Shown here: in pieces, positions 13,802-28,027 of the stretch
Layout of the letters: the number at the start of each line of letters is the position of its first letter
Position numbering within the stretch: the first letter of the stretch is position 1
From: Lama guanicoe
Taxonomy: Eukaryota
DNA length: 64,000 bases
Assembly: GCA_013239625.1 (NCBI GenBank)
Contig: MU053472.1
Span: 1,240,001 to 1,304,000, forward strand
Reading direction: 5' to 3'
The notes under the pieces: model-generated
What the model was told of the DNA's origin: nothing
Databases searched by the model: none
What the model saw: only the letters and a program-made list of their open reading frames with translations
Translations under genes and position numbers: made by a program

Positions 13802-14664
13802 CATTCGAAAGTTTAAAAAATTCATGGGAGAATTTAATGGCTGGTTAAAAAACACAGAAGATCAGTGAATTTGAAGACTGAGCAACAGAACTGTCTAAAT
13901 AAAAGCATAAGGAGAAAAAAGACTGAAAAAATTATTAGAATCTTATTGACCTGTAAGACAGTATTAAACGTATAGCATATATATTATCAAGGTCCCAGAA
14001 AACAGTGGGCAGAAATTATTTAAAACAACAGATGAAAAATTTTCAAATTTGATTAAAACTATAATCACATAGGTCCAGAAGTTCAATGAACTCTGTGCAA
14101 GAAAAATTCAAAGAAAATCAAACTAAGGCAAGAAACAAGTTGATGAAGCAAAAACCTTAAAAGCAGCATGAGGGGGAGGAAAAACACATTACAAACAAGG
14201 AAACTAAGATATGCAATGATTTCTCTTCAGAAACAAGAGAGCCAGAAGACAATGGGTAGAAAAAAGGTGTTCAAAGAAAAAAAATCTTATTAATCTCAAG
14301 TTCTATATTCTATGAAAATATCCTTCAAAAATAAAGACAAAATAAAGTATTTTTTTGGACAGACAAAACCTGAGAATTCATCAACAGGAGAACTGCACCA
14401 AAAGGAATATTAAAAGGATGTTTTTCAGACTAAATTAAATGGTATCATATGGAAATCAGTATCTACAAAGAGGGATGATGATAACAGGAAATGCCCAGTC
14501 CTGAACCTCCATCTGGTATTATTAATCATAACAGATTTGGGATGGGAGTTTAGTTGCAGTTTTGGTTAGACTAAGTTTACCTTTGGTTCAAATATTCTTA
14601 AGGTGAATTCAGATTTCTTCTCAGGAGAGCCCAGAAACTACTAGTTTTTGAAACTAGGAGTCTA

Positions 14665-14865
14665 TTAAACTCCAGCCTGAAGGCTGCATACGTGTTTATA
14701 TAAGTATTGTTTTATTAGAACACAACAATGCCACTTGCTTACATACAGTTTATGGCTGCTAATGTGTTACAATGGCAGAGTTGAGTAATTATAACAGAGC
14801 CATACGGCCTACAACTCTGACTGATTCATGATTTGCCTTTTTAAGAAAATGTTTGCCAATCCCAG
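14665..14865. mobile_element. MER58-like hAT MITE
   Basis: GTTTTATTAGAACACA...ACAATGGCAGAGTTGAGTA...AAAATGTTTGCCAATCCC motifs. Confidence 0.65.
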
Positions 14866-16746
14866 TGCTGAAACTGCATAACCACAAGACTTCAAGACTG
14901 CGATTCCATAAAACGACAGCACCTCAGGACCACACAGCCTTGACACTGCAACCTTTAAGATTCTGAGATTTCAAAATAGTGAGGCCATGAAACCACATAA
15001 TCAACAGCTCTTTTCACTTTTCAGCCTAGCCCCAGTCTCAGCAAAATTTCCACATGAGAGAATTAATTACTGTGTAGAGAGGATTATCTTCACATTTGGG
15101 GTTCCTTCAGATTTAAATCTGAAACAGGTTTCTCAAAGTTTGGCTAGTTTGTCCTCATTCCAGCAAAGATTGTCCTTAGGCAGGCTCACTCCTCTGCCAG
15201 CCTTACCCCGAATTTCAGCATCTGGCCTCAGAAATGAAAGCATCTTACATCCCTTGATCACCTAGGAAGGGCTTTGTCCCTCTGGAGTTCAGTTTCATTT
15301 TGTTTCTTAAGATTTCTTTCTATTGATGTATCTTCAGTGGCTTTAAAGAAGATTATGATTGGTTTATGTGATTTCATGTTACTAGAATGAAGACAAAGTC
15401 TTTCATGTATTACTTTCCAACTTAAAGTAGAATCCTTCAATTACTATTTAAGATGATTCTGAAAATTCTCACCAATGAAATAAAGTACAAATATGAAGTA
15501 TAAAATATTAGAAAACAAGAAGCAAGGTTATTATCTGCATATAAGTAGAATACATATCAAGAAACTCAGAAAACATTTACAAATTAAAATTGAGTTAAAA
15601 AATTTGTAGGGATACAAAAATCAATGATTTTTCCTATATAACATTAATAACATGTAAGAAAATATAAAAAAGAAAAAAGTATAACAAAAGCAATTCCCTC
15701 ACAAGAACTAAATATCTAAAAATAAACTTTAATAAGTGAGATTTTTATGAAGGAAAATTTATAAATAATATTAAAGATTTGAGTAAATGAAGAGAAAGAG
15801 TGGTTTTGGAAGGTTGTACTATGAGGGTAACATAAGCAGAGATCTGAAGGAGGCAAGGGGGCAAATCACAGAGGAAAAAAACACTCTAGACAGGTGGAAT
15901 AAGGGTAGAGGCCTGGAGATGACAGCGTGTCTAACAAGTTCAAGGAAGAGAAAGAACAGAGTGGCTAAAGTGAAGTCAGGGACGGGGAGAATAGTGACAG
16001 GAGAGTAATAGGAGATAAAGACAGGGAGAAAAGGAGGGTCAGATTATACAGGCTTTGGTAAGGACTTTGGTTTTAAGGGAAAGTGTGCACCACTCTAGGG
16101 TCCGAAGCAGAGGAGTGACGTGATCTAATCTGCATGATCACTCGACTGCTGAGTTAAGAACAGCCTGGTGGGCAGCTAAGAACAGAAGTGAGAAGACCAG
16201 TCAGGTGTTTAATAGAGAGTTTAAATCATCATTATACGCAACTGAAAAGCATTAAGATTACAATAGATTAACAAGTACAAGACAGACAGACAATTCATAA
16301 AAATGTGGGGGGGACTACTACTATTTTACAACTAATAAAAAATTATCTCAAAAGAAAAATTTAAGCAGAATCATGCACTTTTCTGCTTCAAAACTTTTTA
16401 ACACTCTTCTCCCAATATACCTGCATGGCTATTCCCACAACTCCTTCAGTTCTTTACTCAAATGTCACATTCTCAGACCTTCCAAACTACATCGCATCCA
16501 ATGACACTCCTCCATCCCTCTTCCCTGCTTTACTTTGCTCCCTAAGTCTTGTCTGTTTTATTTATTGTTGTCTTCTCCAGCTAGAGCATATGCTCCTTGT
16601 GAGCAGGGTTTTTTGGTCTATTTTATTCATTGCTATATTCTAATCCTTAGAATAATACCTGGTACATTTTGAGCACCCCATAAACATTTTTTTTGATGGA
16701 CAAATAGCTTACAAGTTACCTGGGGAGACAAGAACAATGTACTTTA

Positions 16747-16886
16747 GAGGCAGGAGTTCTTTTGGCGGCGGGGACTAGGTTTATTTATTTATCTATTTAT
16801 TTATTTTTAGTGGAGATACTGGGGACTTAAACCCAGGACCGTGTGCATGTTAGGCATGCGCTCTACCACTGAGCTATATCTCCTCC
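16747..16886 (-). mobile_element. Vic-1-like SINE
   Basis: tRNA-like head; TSD AAGAACAATG(T/C)ACTTTA on both sides. Confidence 0.88.
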
Positions 16887-17589
16887 AAGAACAATGCACT
16901 TTAAATTCCTAGTGCCTTCAAAGCATTCATTCTTACTCTATTCCTTAGCAGTTTTAATTAAAAATTCAAGGGGAAAACTTTTTCCTCACCAGCAAGATAG
17001 TTAAGAGACAGTCAAATCAATATGCATATTATACTGTATTGATACAAGTACTATAGCCATAAAAGTGGTGAATAAATGAAAAGAAATTCCACCAACTTCT
17101 ATAAAATTTTAAGAAAAACTATATTCCTCTTGTTTGACCTTCAAGGGGGCTCTGAGGACATAAAGCTAATGTTTTTCTATCTTTCCTTCTTATCCCCTAC
17201 TCTGCCCTGATGCTCATTATGTCTGAAACCTAAGAGAGGTTTTTACTTAAGGACACAGGAGTGAATTTCTTTTGAAAGCAAAATATAAAAATGAAGGAAA
17301 AAATCCTGTGCTGGAGGTACAGAATTTTGTACACATTATCACAAATCAGTAGACCAAAGAACTGAGATTTTCAGAAAGCTACTATTCTTATTCTGACATA
17401 TAAGGAAAAATTCATGAGAATGACTTACGCCTGCCATATCTGAAAACAAAAGAGGTCTTGACAGTATGTACCTGGAGTCAAGTACACTGATTCTAACTAG
17501 TCCCTACATTTTACAAAGAAGAATGCTCTCCTGGGAAGTTCGTGACTTGGCTGTCCCTAGAATAGTGCCTCTCTCTCTCTCTCTCTTTT

Positions 17590-17806
17590 TTTTTTTTAAC
17601 AATTTTTTATTGAGTAATAGTCATTTTACAATGTTGTGTCAAATTCCAGTGCAGAGCACAATTTTTCAGTTATACATGAAAATACATATATTCATTGTCA
17701 CTTTTTTTTTTTGCTGTGAGCCACAAGATCTTGTATATATTATTTCCCTGTGCCATACAGTATACTCTTGTTTTATCTATTCTACATTTTGAAATCCCAG
17801 TCTGTC
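17590..17806 (-). mobile_element. Young L1 3' end
   Basis: T-tail; TSD TCCC(T/G)AGAATAGTGCCTCT on both sides. Confidence 0.85.
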
Positions 17807-20800
17807 ACTTCCCGAGAATAGTGCCTCTTAATGATACACAAAACCTACGGAGAGGGATTCCAAGATCAACAGTGAAGCTACCCTATACTTTTGGCATCAA
17901 AAGGGAATAGAATTATTTATTATTTACTAGAAGTAATTATAAACAACTGAGTAACCAAGTTATATAACACATTTTAAGCAGTTAAAAAATTAAAGTACTA
18001 ATAATACTAGATTAATTTTAAAATTTGTATTACTTGTTTTTATTAAACTAGTAATAGATTTTGTTGCATGAAAAATATTTAAAAATGTAGGTAATCAAAA
18101 AAAGGAAAAAGAAAACATAACTGCATGTTTTCATATAACTATAATCATAAGTGTATTTAATTGACTGTCACCTGGTTGTTTGGGAAGATTACTTCCAATA
18201 CTTTCATTCTAGCATCTAAACCACTGTATGATTTCTCAGATTATATAAAATCCTAGTTCACAGTTTTAAACAATCAAACAGCTAAGTTCATTCTTAAAAT
18301 TTTAGAGAAAAATCTTCAAAAAAGACCATGATACAAGAAAGGTAAGTTTTTCATACAAAACTACACACTGTCATATATATTTTCTTTTTTAACCAAATAA
18401 CAAATATACAACATTCATTACTATATTGTAACCTCCTGATAAATCAGCCTTTGCAAAGGTCCAATTACTTTCGAACTGGAACTGATTTTTAAAATGTACT
18501 AAACTTCTACATAGGCATATAGCTTCCAGTTTTTAAAACAGAAGTATCTGCTTCAAATACCTAGATGACTGAATTTATTTAAAAGGAATACGTTAAAAAT
18601 TTAGTAATAGGGAGAGTAATCACTAGAGTCTGATACATAAATTGAGCATTACTGTCTCATTTTTCTAAATAGGAAGTCTGTTCACTCCATTTACGATGTG
18701 AAAGAAAGAAAAGAAAGAAACCTTTTCTGTTCCTCAGAGAAACAGCTTTCTCAAATTCTAAACTTTCTTCCAAGCAGTAGATCTGCAGATAAAAAATCTG
18801 ACCCTGAAACAAAAGGAGGAAGACAGCAGCCTTGACAGAAACTATGTTCTTATTTTTATACTTCTAGGTACTGAGCATATTATGGGAGCTTAGTAAGTAC
18901 TTCTGATTAATTGTTGTTTAGTTAACTCACTAAATTAGAAAACAGAAACATTACATCAACTGCCTCCCAAATGTTTTTACTTTTGAAAACTAAGTTTATT
19001 AATCTCCTTAAAAAACAGAATTTTTCTGCTGAAGGAGAAATGTGGAAAGATAAGTAGAACACATTTGGAAGAAAAAAAAATGATCAGATTGGTCATAATT
19101 ACCAACTAAAGTCATGGTTTAGAGCTCCTTTTTAAGTTTACGTGATCTGTTCATTTTTTGGTTATAGACTGTAATTTTGTTAATTAAATATTTGCAAAAG
19201 CATGTTAAAGTAAATTATATATACTGTATTATCATTACCCAAACATTTTATATGAGCTGGCAACAGAACTGTTGGGAAGAGGGAGGTAACTAAACTTATT
19301 TTCACTTAAAGAAGTTAGAGGTAAAAGCCACAGTAGTTACTCTATTTGCAATTCACAAATCAATACCAAAACTTATACGTTACTAGCTAAATAGGAATGA
19401 ATTTTTTATCACCCACCTATAGGTGTAATTTTTTCTGGTTCGCAACAGCAGCATACCATATTCCCAACATTCTAAATAGTTCTTGGCCTCCACTTTGGGC
19501 CATCCTAATCAAGTCCCACCTTATCGGAGGCTTCAGCTGCAGAAATAGCTCTTTAATGCCAGAAACGAATTCTCATTTAAAAAAATGAAAAAAAAAAGCC
19601 CGGCAAAATATCCAAATATTTTCAAACAGTAACACAGTTCTTTTACATTTTTGAGGAAGCAACCTGTTCTCAAAAGCAATGACCTTCTGAGGTCTACTTA
19701 AGATGGCTGTAAGCTTTACATCAGTTACAACCCGCTAAGAGGATAATGAAGGAGGGACGTGCAGATTTACTAGGCGGTTTATGGCCTAAGGATCACTGAA
19801 GTAGTTTTTTCTTATTGAAAGAAGGTTTTAACATTGCAAACTCAAATGTGGCAAGGGAATATAATAATATGCGTATTTTAGTTGAGATAATAAATGCCAA
19901 AATAGAGACAATATATGAGTTAGATATGAAAAGAAAAATAATCAAAATGGGTTCAATGGCCCTAAAATTAGACAAAAATATTACAATAATTACCTCAGGA
20001 TCCAGATTCTGCTACTTAAAAGAAACCACTGCGTTAGCAGGCTATTTACTCTTCTACATTTTAGGGAAACGTCAAAAACATATTTACAAAAAAGAGTCAG
20101 CACACATATTTTCTTCCAAATAAAATAGCTAAATTCTATGAAAATATGGCCAGCATTAAGGGAAATCAATCTCAATTAGTTCTTAAAACGTAATTCTTAA
20201 AATCATAGTTCTTCTGATTACCTAGTTCACTGTTGGTAAATAGGCAATCATTCAATGATCTCACCTGGATCAAATGAAATTAATTCTTAAAGAGAAACAT
20301 AACATCACAATCATTTGAAGGTATCCCAAGGGGGAAGAAAGGAAATTGGAAAAGGGAGTCTACAAGACTGTCTGAAGTGAGTCTGAGGAAGATGACTCAC
20401 CACAGCCACAACCACCACATGACCAACTCCTTTTATTTGCAATTACAAACTACTCATAAAAGATTAAAGAACAAAATGACTATGTATCAATAAACTGTCT
20501 TTGAGTCCTAAAATGATAATAAGCATACTCTGGGGTTCAAATATCCCAATTTTGGCACCTATTAGCCATCTGATCTCAAGACAGTATCTTCAACTTTTCA
20601 TAGCCATGGTTTCCTCATTTTTAGAATGGAGATAAAGTGAACTTCAGAAGTGGCACAAGGATTAAATGAGATAATGTACACAGAGTATAGTGCCTCCTCT
20701 AGTAAGCTGTCAATCTGCATGTGGTAGATTAGAACCTTTCAAAGTATTTTTGGGGAAAAAAAGTACAGAAACTATAGTCAAGTTCACTTACTATTCTGTA

Positions 20801-21370
20801 ACATTCAATGAAAATATATGTGCCTGATATTGTGCTAAAAATCATATATATGACTGTGAACAATTATGTTTAGATTCTAGTAGAGAGAAAATTGGTCATT
20901 TGAATCCAGTGTGGAAAGTACAATGAAAGAACAGACACACAGACTCTTCTGGGAGCACACAAGCAGGTAGGCCCTGGAGGTCCTGATATTTAAACAGGTA
21001 TGTGCTGAACATCTAAAGGTTGACCAGGGAAAGAAAGAAGATTGTGGCAGAAAAAGGATATTATAAGCAGAGCCAAAGGAGCATATGTAAAAGTCTGTAG
21101 AAAAACAGGCAGTAACAGGATAGAAAAACAAAAAACAAAGAATAACTGTTGTATTCTGCTATACTTCAGAAACTAGGAAAAGGATAACCTATCGAAGGAT
21201 TTACGCTATGGACCCAAGATAAAAGACAAACAATAAGAAAGAACTTTATTTTCCAGGAAGTAACCAAAAAAAAAGTGTTAAGATGACAGTTCAACCTAGA
21301 ATTACAGTAGGCAGTTTGGTCAGAATGTAGATATTTCAAAGGTTAGCACCTAAAGGATGAGACTTTAAGT

Positions 21371-21507
21371 GGGGAGGGTAAAGCTCAGTGGTAGAGCATG
21401 TGCTTAGCATGCATGAGGTCCTGGGTTCAATCCCCAGTACCTCCATTAAACATAAATAAAAATCTAATTATCTTGCCCCTAAAAAAACAAAAAAGAGTTA
21501 TATTAAA
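21371..21507 (+). mobile_element. Vic-1-like SINE
   Basis: GGGGAGGGTAAAGCTCAGTGGTAGAGC...GGGTTCAATCCCCAGTACCTCCA, A-rich tail, degenerate TSD TAAAGGAT. Confidence 0.88.
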
Positions 21508-21786
21508 TAAAGGATAAACCTTCCAACTCAAGCAGGGAGCTGCCAGACTGTGTTTGGTTAGGACTATGTATGTACAATAGTACGGGATGTGACACACTGA
21601 TCTTAATTTGTGAAAAGCTGATTAAAACAAATTACATTTTGAGTTTGCTGTGTGTGTCTCTCCAAACTCTAACACTATGTGTTGCTAAATAATCATGAAC
21701 AAAATGGATAGGCAAGGGTTTTACAGGAAAAAGCCAAATGACTGGTCCTAGAAAGCATAATCTTCTGTTATATATATGCTATTACT

Positions 21787-21835
21787 ATAGATAGATAGAT
21801 AGACAGACAGACAGATGGACAGACAGATGGACAGA
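21787..21835. repeat. (GATA)n/(GACA)n compound microsatellite
   Basis: Directly visible. Confidence 0.9.
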
Positions 21836-23974
21836 AATAAATAAAACCTGTACCAAATTATTTAAAAAATTTAACTATACAGACCATATTTATCTTCTCT
21901 ATATATGTTCTCTGATTCTGAATATCATTAAGATGTTCAGGATCATCACAAACATTCTCTCTCTAGTACAATGTCTTTAAAAATTAGCTTGTCATTGTCA
22001 TTAAGAACACTGTACATATTTGACCAAAAAAAAATCTTTTTAGGAAATCTAATCTTAGATATTTAAATAGGAAATTATAAAAGAAAAATATATCAGTCAA
22101 TAAAAATCTGGTTAAGATCTACTCAAGCATAAAAACTTGAACTTTTGGCTATAGTTCCAATTCAATTTCTTAAATTTAAATAAAAGGCAAGGTAACAATA
22201 GTTTGGAGTTTGCAGTTCTGAAAACTGTACTGGCCTTTCAAAATCTAAAATCTTGCATAAATCAAATTGGTTACTTATTCTAACTCTATACTGAATACCA
22301 AGTGTCCCAGTTTCATCTGTGATTTACATAAAAGAGAACAAAATTTGATTAAAAAATGGCAGTATGTTCAACTTACTGTGATTTCAAATTTTACTTTATA
22401 ATTATATGTGAAAAAGTAATTAAAGGCATCTGCATTCTAATATAAAAGTTATTTACAAGTGAAAAATTGTAACTCCTTTTTGTTTCCTCGATGCCTTGGC
22501 TCATTACACAAATTTAAATGGAGTCACTGATGCTTTAAAATAAATATTTTCTGTCTACTTATAAATCAGTTAATGGCATTCTCTATTTTTATCCCAAGGT
22601 TCCACATTCCTAACATATTATTTGGGAAGTTTGATGTACCAAATATTCTTTGAGTGGAAGAGCCTACAAAGACATCATTAGTGAACTGCTTAGCCAGAAG
22701 CTCAGAATTTATAAATATGATAGATAAATCATAGTCATCAGAATATAAACCTGCCCATGTAAGAATTTTTATAAGAAATTTAGCAGTAATTCTGATTTTG
22801 TTAAGCCTTATTCAAAACTTATTCAAACATGATGATTCATCTTGATCCTTTTCCTTGGTAGGGCTTTAGTCCTACAATCCTAAAACAAGATATTCCTCCT
22901 GCTCACTCCTGGGGAAATCAAATGTTTAAATCAGTACTTAGAATGTAGACTTCTGGTGGCTGAAAAATTTTCCATACAGTTCAGTCCACCAACATGCATT
23001 TAGTCCACTGCACTAAAGAAAACTCAAAAAGGCGAATGGGATATGAGCCTTGTTCTCAAGAGGACTTGTAACTTCTGGTGAGAAACAAAGCCATTTCCAA
23101 CTGTTTCTAAGGTAAGGCAAAAAGCATCTTAATTGCTTTAATTGAAATGTAAAGTGTACGAGAATGCTAATAGAAAATTAATTAATTCAAGCTGCAGAAA
23201 AATGGAGAAGGCTTGATAAAAGAGGCAGCGTGTGAGTTGGGTGTAATGACAAAGTATTTCAACTGTCAAGAACTCAAAGATGGAATGCATTCTTAATGAA
23301 GGAATATTAGGAGTGATGGTAGGTAGGGTAGCTATAAAAGTGGTACAGTCATGGAATATTGACTAGTGCTCTGGAGTTGAAGCAGAGAACATATGAGAGG
23401 AGAAATGAGTATGGATCAGCTCTACAGGCTGATCCAAGAGAAATAATTTATACTTAAAAGCAGACAGAAAAAGGAGAGCAGTAAAGGAAAGTCAAAAAAA
23501 TAATAAAAAACTAGAAAACTACAATGTTTCAAAACCAGAGAAGAAGAGAATTTCAAGAAAACTGAATAGTCAATGGTACTAAAATGCTGCAGAGATACTG
23601 GTAGGTACAGGGATCCTAAGAAGAAATCACTGAGTTTAGAAATTAAAAGGTCATTATTCCAGGTGAAACAATGCCTCTGCATTAATGTTTTAAATAATTC
23701 AAGATAAAATATTTTTTGACAAGGCAAAGGCATTGTAACTTTCAGAGACAATTAAAAATCTAAAAATCTTCCCAACTGATAAAAAATTAAAGAGAAAAGA
23801 TCATTTTCAAATAAAAATGGAGCTATATAATGGGATAACTTTAACATTTGAAAATTATTTTGACTGATTAGATGTAAATAAGTCTGTAAACTTTAATACA
23901 GTGCTTTCAAAAACAAGCAGTAAGCAATGTTTGCATTTGCAAAGTATGTCAGAACTAATTTAACTTTAGGCAAC

Positions 23975-24388
23975 TGACAAAATTCCTCTCCTTGCCCAAA
24001 CTGAGTTCCACTCCTGGCCCTCTTTTCTACTAGGCCTTGAACTTGGCCACCATATCATCTTTAGCCTGCTTAGTCCAATCTTAGCAAAAAATTCTGCTAA
24101 ATCATCCCCCACCCCTGATAAATGATCAAGTTTCTCATACCCCATAATTAATGAATAAGCCTTTGGCCTACCTTTAGCAAGAATTCACCTACTCTTGATG
24201 TCTCCTCTTAGTAATTTTCCCTCCACTCACCTCCTCACCTTGCTCCTTGGCTATATATCCCCTACTTGCCCTTGTAATATTTGGAGGAAGATCAATTTCT
24301 CTCCCCTGTTATAGTATGCTACTGCAAAGTCTTGAATAAGGTCTTGTTTACCATTTTAACAAGTGTCAGAATAATTTTTTCTTTAACA
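23975..24388 (+). mobile_element. ERV1 solo LTR (MER31-like)
   Basis: TGACAAAATTCCTCTCCTTGCCCAAACT start, TATA-like box, AATAAG, ends TTTCTTTAACA. Confidence 0.65.
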
Positions 24389-25169
24389 TAAGTCATTCAA
24401 GGAAAGTAATCACGCCCTTAGCCAATATTAACAGAAAAATAGTTCACCATACAATTACAAACACAAAGCAGATTGTGTTTGATTGACAACTTAAATATTA
24501 ATGTAAGTTAGACAGAGCCTAAAGTACGCATAAAAAACTCCCTAATTTTTTACGCAAAACATTAAAAAAAAAGGCTGTCTTATCAGAAACAAAAAAAAGT
24601 AGGAGCACTGAGTTCATTGCCTATCCATGCCAGAATTTATCTGTCAGACCTTCTGATAACAATGGATGAAAACAGCAGGGAAAGTAGGTAGGGTGTAACT
24701 AGTAGCCAACTCATAAATCACATTAAGCAACGGACACAAACAGCACTTGATACCCAAGGTCCTCCACTCAGTCAACAAATACTTATTTAAGGCTTGGCGC
24801 TGAGGGTGAATAATAGGAATAATACAGACTCCCTGTGATTTAAGAGAGATGACATGTACAAATACATAGAATGCTATAAATAATTACAGTACAAGGATGA
24901 AAGTGGTAAGTTCATTCTGGAAAGGTACAAGAAAGGTACTATGAGAGTTCAGGGGAAGGACAGATGAATTCTCATAGGAAAGCAAGACAATGTTTCATGA
25001 AAACCGAATGGTATGTGATTTAAGTCTTCAAAGATGACTAGGGTTTACAGAGAGAAAAATAAAGGAAAAGCATTCATTCCAGTGTTTAGAAGAAGCATGA
25101 GCAAAAGCCCAGCGTAGGTACATCTCTGTAACCACAGAAAAGAACAATAGGAGTTAACACTTAGGCCTG

Positions 25170-25602
25170 TGTTGTGGGGGATTGAAGAGTATCCCTCAAA
25201 AATTCATTATCACTTGGAATCACAGAATGTGACCTTATTTGGAAATAAGGTCTCTGCAAATATAATGAATTAAGGCTCTTGAGTTAAAATCATCCTGAAT
25301 TTAGGCTGGGCCCTAAATCCAATGACTGGTGTCTTTATAAGAAGAGGAGAGGACATACATACACACACACAGAGAAGGTCCTGTGAAGGGGGCAGAAGTT
25401 GGAATCATGCTGCCACAAGCCAAGTAAAGCCTGGGGTCACCAGAAGCTGGGAGGGGCAAGGAAGACTTCCTTAGGGCCTTCGGAGGGAACATGGCTGTGT
25501 TAGCAATTTGATTTCAGCTTCCAGAACTATGAGAGAATAAATTTGTTTTTTCAGTTTATGGATTGTGGTAATTTGTTACAGCAACGCTAAGGAAACTAAC
25601 AC
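25170..25602 (+). mobile_element. MLT1-like LTR
   Basis: GAATGTGACCTTATTTGGAAATAAGGTC...GAGAGAATAAATTTG...GGAAACTAACACA. Confidence 0.8.
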
Positions 25603-25634
25603 AGCTTGGTTAAGGACTATCAGTAGAAGGCTAC

Positions 25635-26500
25635 TGTGAAAAAGTAAGACAGTGGTCTTTGCCCCCAGTTCTTACTATTATTTGCTCTTTGATCAAATTC
25701 TTGTCATTTCCTGAATGACAGGAGTTCCTGACACAGAGCTCCTAAATCCTTTGGAATTTTCTGGGTGATAGGAATCTTTTGTTCTTATGCTTGAGGTGAC
25801 TCTTGGTAGGCTCCTGGAAACTGGCTGGTCACTAGAAAGACCAAGCCATAATTAGAAACTTGGAACTTACAGCCCCATTTCTCCTTCTCTGGAGATGAGA
25901 GAGGAACTAGGAATTCAGTTAATTATCAATTATGCTTAAGTAACAAAGCCTCCACAAAAAATCCCCAAAGCACCAGGGTCTGGAAAGCTTCTGGACTGGT
26001 AACCACATCCACGTGCCAGAAGGACTGGGGCATTACAGCTCCATGGGGACAGAAGCTTCTGCTCTTGGGGCCCTTCCAGACCCCAGCCCATGCATCTCTT
26101 CACCTGGCTATTCATCAGTATCCTTTAACATATCCTTTATTATATAATAAGTCAGTAAATGTAACCATTTCCTGAAGTCCTGTGACCTGGGCTAGCAAAT
26201 CACCAAACCCAAGAAGGTGGTCACAGGAACTCTAATTTATAGGTGGTCGGTCAGAAGCACAGATCACAACCTGGACTTGTGATTGGTGTCTGAAGTGGGG
26301 GTCAGAGGGCCAGTCTTTCGGGACTGAGCCGTAAACCTATGGGGTCTGTGCTAACCCTAGGTAGACAGCGTCACAATTGAACTGAATCGCAGGACACCCA
26401 GATGGTGTCCATAGAGCACTGTAGAATTGCTTGGTGTGGGGAAAAAAACCTTATACATTTGGAGTACAAAAGTAATCAGTGAGTAGGAAAAAAAGAGTTT
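25635..26500 (+). mobile_element. MER21-like LTR
   Basis: CACAGAGCTCCTAAATCC, GGTCAGAAGCACAG, GGGGTCTGTGCTAACCCT; similar to 42670-43465. Confidence 0.7.
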
Positions 26501-26662
26501 TCCTTTTCAGCTATGTACCCAGGCCTCCAGCATTCCACTTTATTATACTTTGAAAAAAAAAAAAAACACTGATAATAAATTTCTCCTTTATAGGCATATC
26601 CTCATATCACCAGACAATTGCATTAAAAAGTGAACAGTACACAATGCAATGCCATTACTTAC

Positions 26663-26822
26663 AATGTGTGACTCCAGCTAGAGTTTGGTAGAAAGTGGGA
26701 GTATCACTATCATCAGTGAGGGTCACATACACACCTCCAGACAGCAGCCAACGAGAGAAGGTAAAAGCATCTTTGTTTAGAAGAAGCCAATTTCTAAACT
26801 TTTCATAGTTTACCTTTTCACC
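26663..26822 (-). CDS. USP32: USP32 coding exon (exon 5 equivalent), GEKVNYEKFRNWLLLNKDAFTFSRWLLSGGVYVTLTDDSDTPTFYQTLAGVTH
   Basis: Manual translation; TAG acceptor, GTAAGT donor; 160 nt. Confidence 0.96.
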
Positions 26823-27933
26823 CTAAAATGAAAACAAACACAGGTTGAGTCAAATTTTAAGATATCTTACTTGGAACTTATACAACCTGAAACTTGAATT
26901 TAATTGACATTTGCCCTTGTAATATCATAAATGAAGAATTAACTAAATACCACCATTGTCTATATATCTGGGAATGAAACTGCCTTCAAATATAATGGTG
27001 CTTTAGAATTTCCATTTGCATAAAAATGTATATGCTAATTGAAAATTATTTCATTAATTCATTACAGCAGTGCACTGCTACTAATAAGCCACATTTTATT
27101 TGTTAATGCATATCCTGAAATCAGTGAACTGCATTTCTTTCAAAATTTAATAAAACCCATTTTTCACTTGCTTTATCCTTCTTCAGCACTTCAGTTGGTC
27201 AGAATTAGCATATTTTAATCAAATACGTATGGAATTAAAATGCTTTTAAATTTCACTGGCGAATTAAAAACTATCCGGGAGTCATTCTCCAAAAGGCATC
27301 GCTGAAAACGTGTATTCAAAAAGAAGCATGGAGATTTCTAATTTCTTTGCTTCCCCCCACCCCAAGTATTTGTCTTGCTAAATCTCTGGAGAAAAAAAGT
27401 ATCCAGGCTGAGAAAGAATATCACATGGCTGTGCAAGTCAATCTCTGACTGGAAGGCAAGAGGACTTAGGTAGAGTGAGGGCCAGAGGTTTCTACGAGGA
27501 AAAGGGAGAAGTGACCCACAAAGGAATACAATGAATGACACTCGGGAGCCTAGCAGCTCTCATCCTGATGTAGATATTAAGAGATAAAAGTAATTTATAA
27601 CCTAAAAGAGATATGGTAGAAATAATTTCTACAATGTTTAGTAGCATCCTATTAAGTACAGCAATATGCTCAGCCTCATAGTTTCAAAACATTAAACAGA
27701 GCAATCCAAACAATCAAGACAACATTGAAAGTCCTGTTTTTCTAAAAGTAAGAATACGACATTCAGATTTACTGCAGGGATATGTGACACTGCCAATATG
27801 TTTAGAGATTGGGGATCACACCCATATTTTTTATCTAACTCACATTTAGTCTAGAAAAAGGGTTTGCAGTATAAATTCCACAAAGTGATGCACATTTTTA
27901 CATGTTACCAACTCTGACACTGGAATAAGTCTT

Positions 27934-28027
27934 TTCTTTTTCCCCCTAATGGAGGCACTGGGGATTAAACCTAGGACCTCATGCATGCCAATCATGTGCT
28001 CTACCACTAAGCTATAGCCCCCACCCC
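27934..28027 (-). mobile_element. Vic-1-like SINE
   Basis: tRNA-like head; TSD CTGG(AAT/GAC)AAGTCTT. Confidence 0.85.
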
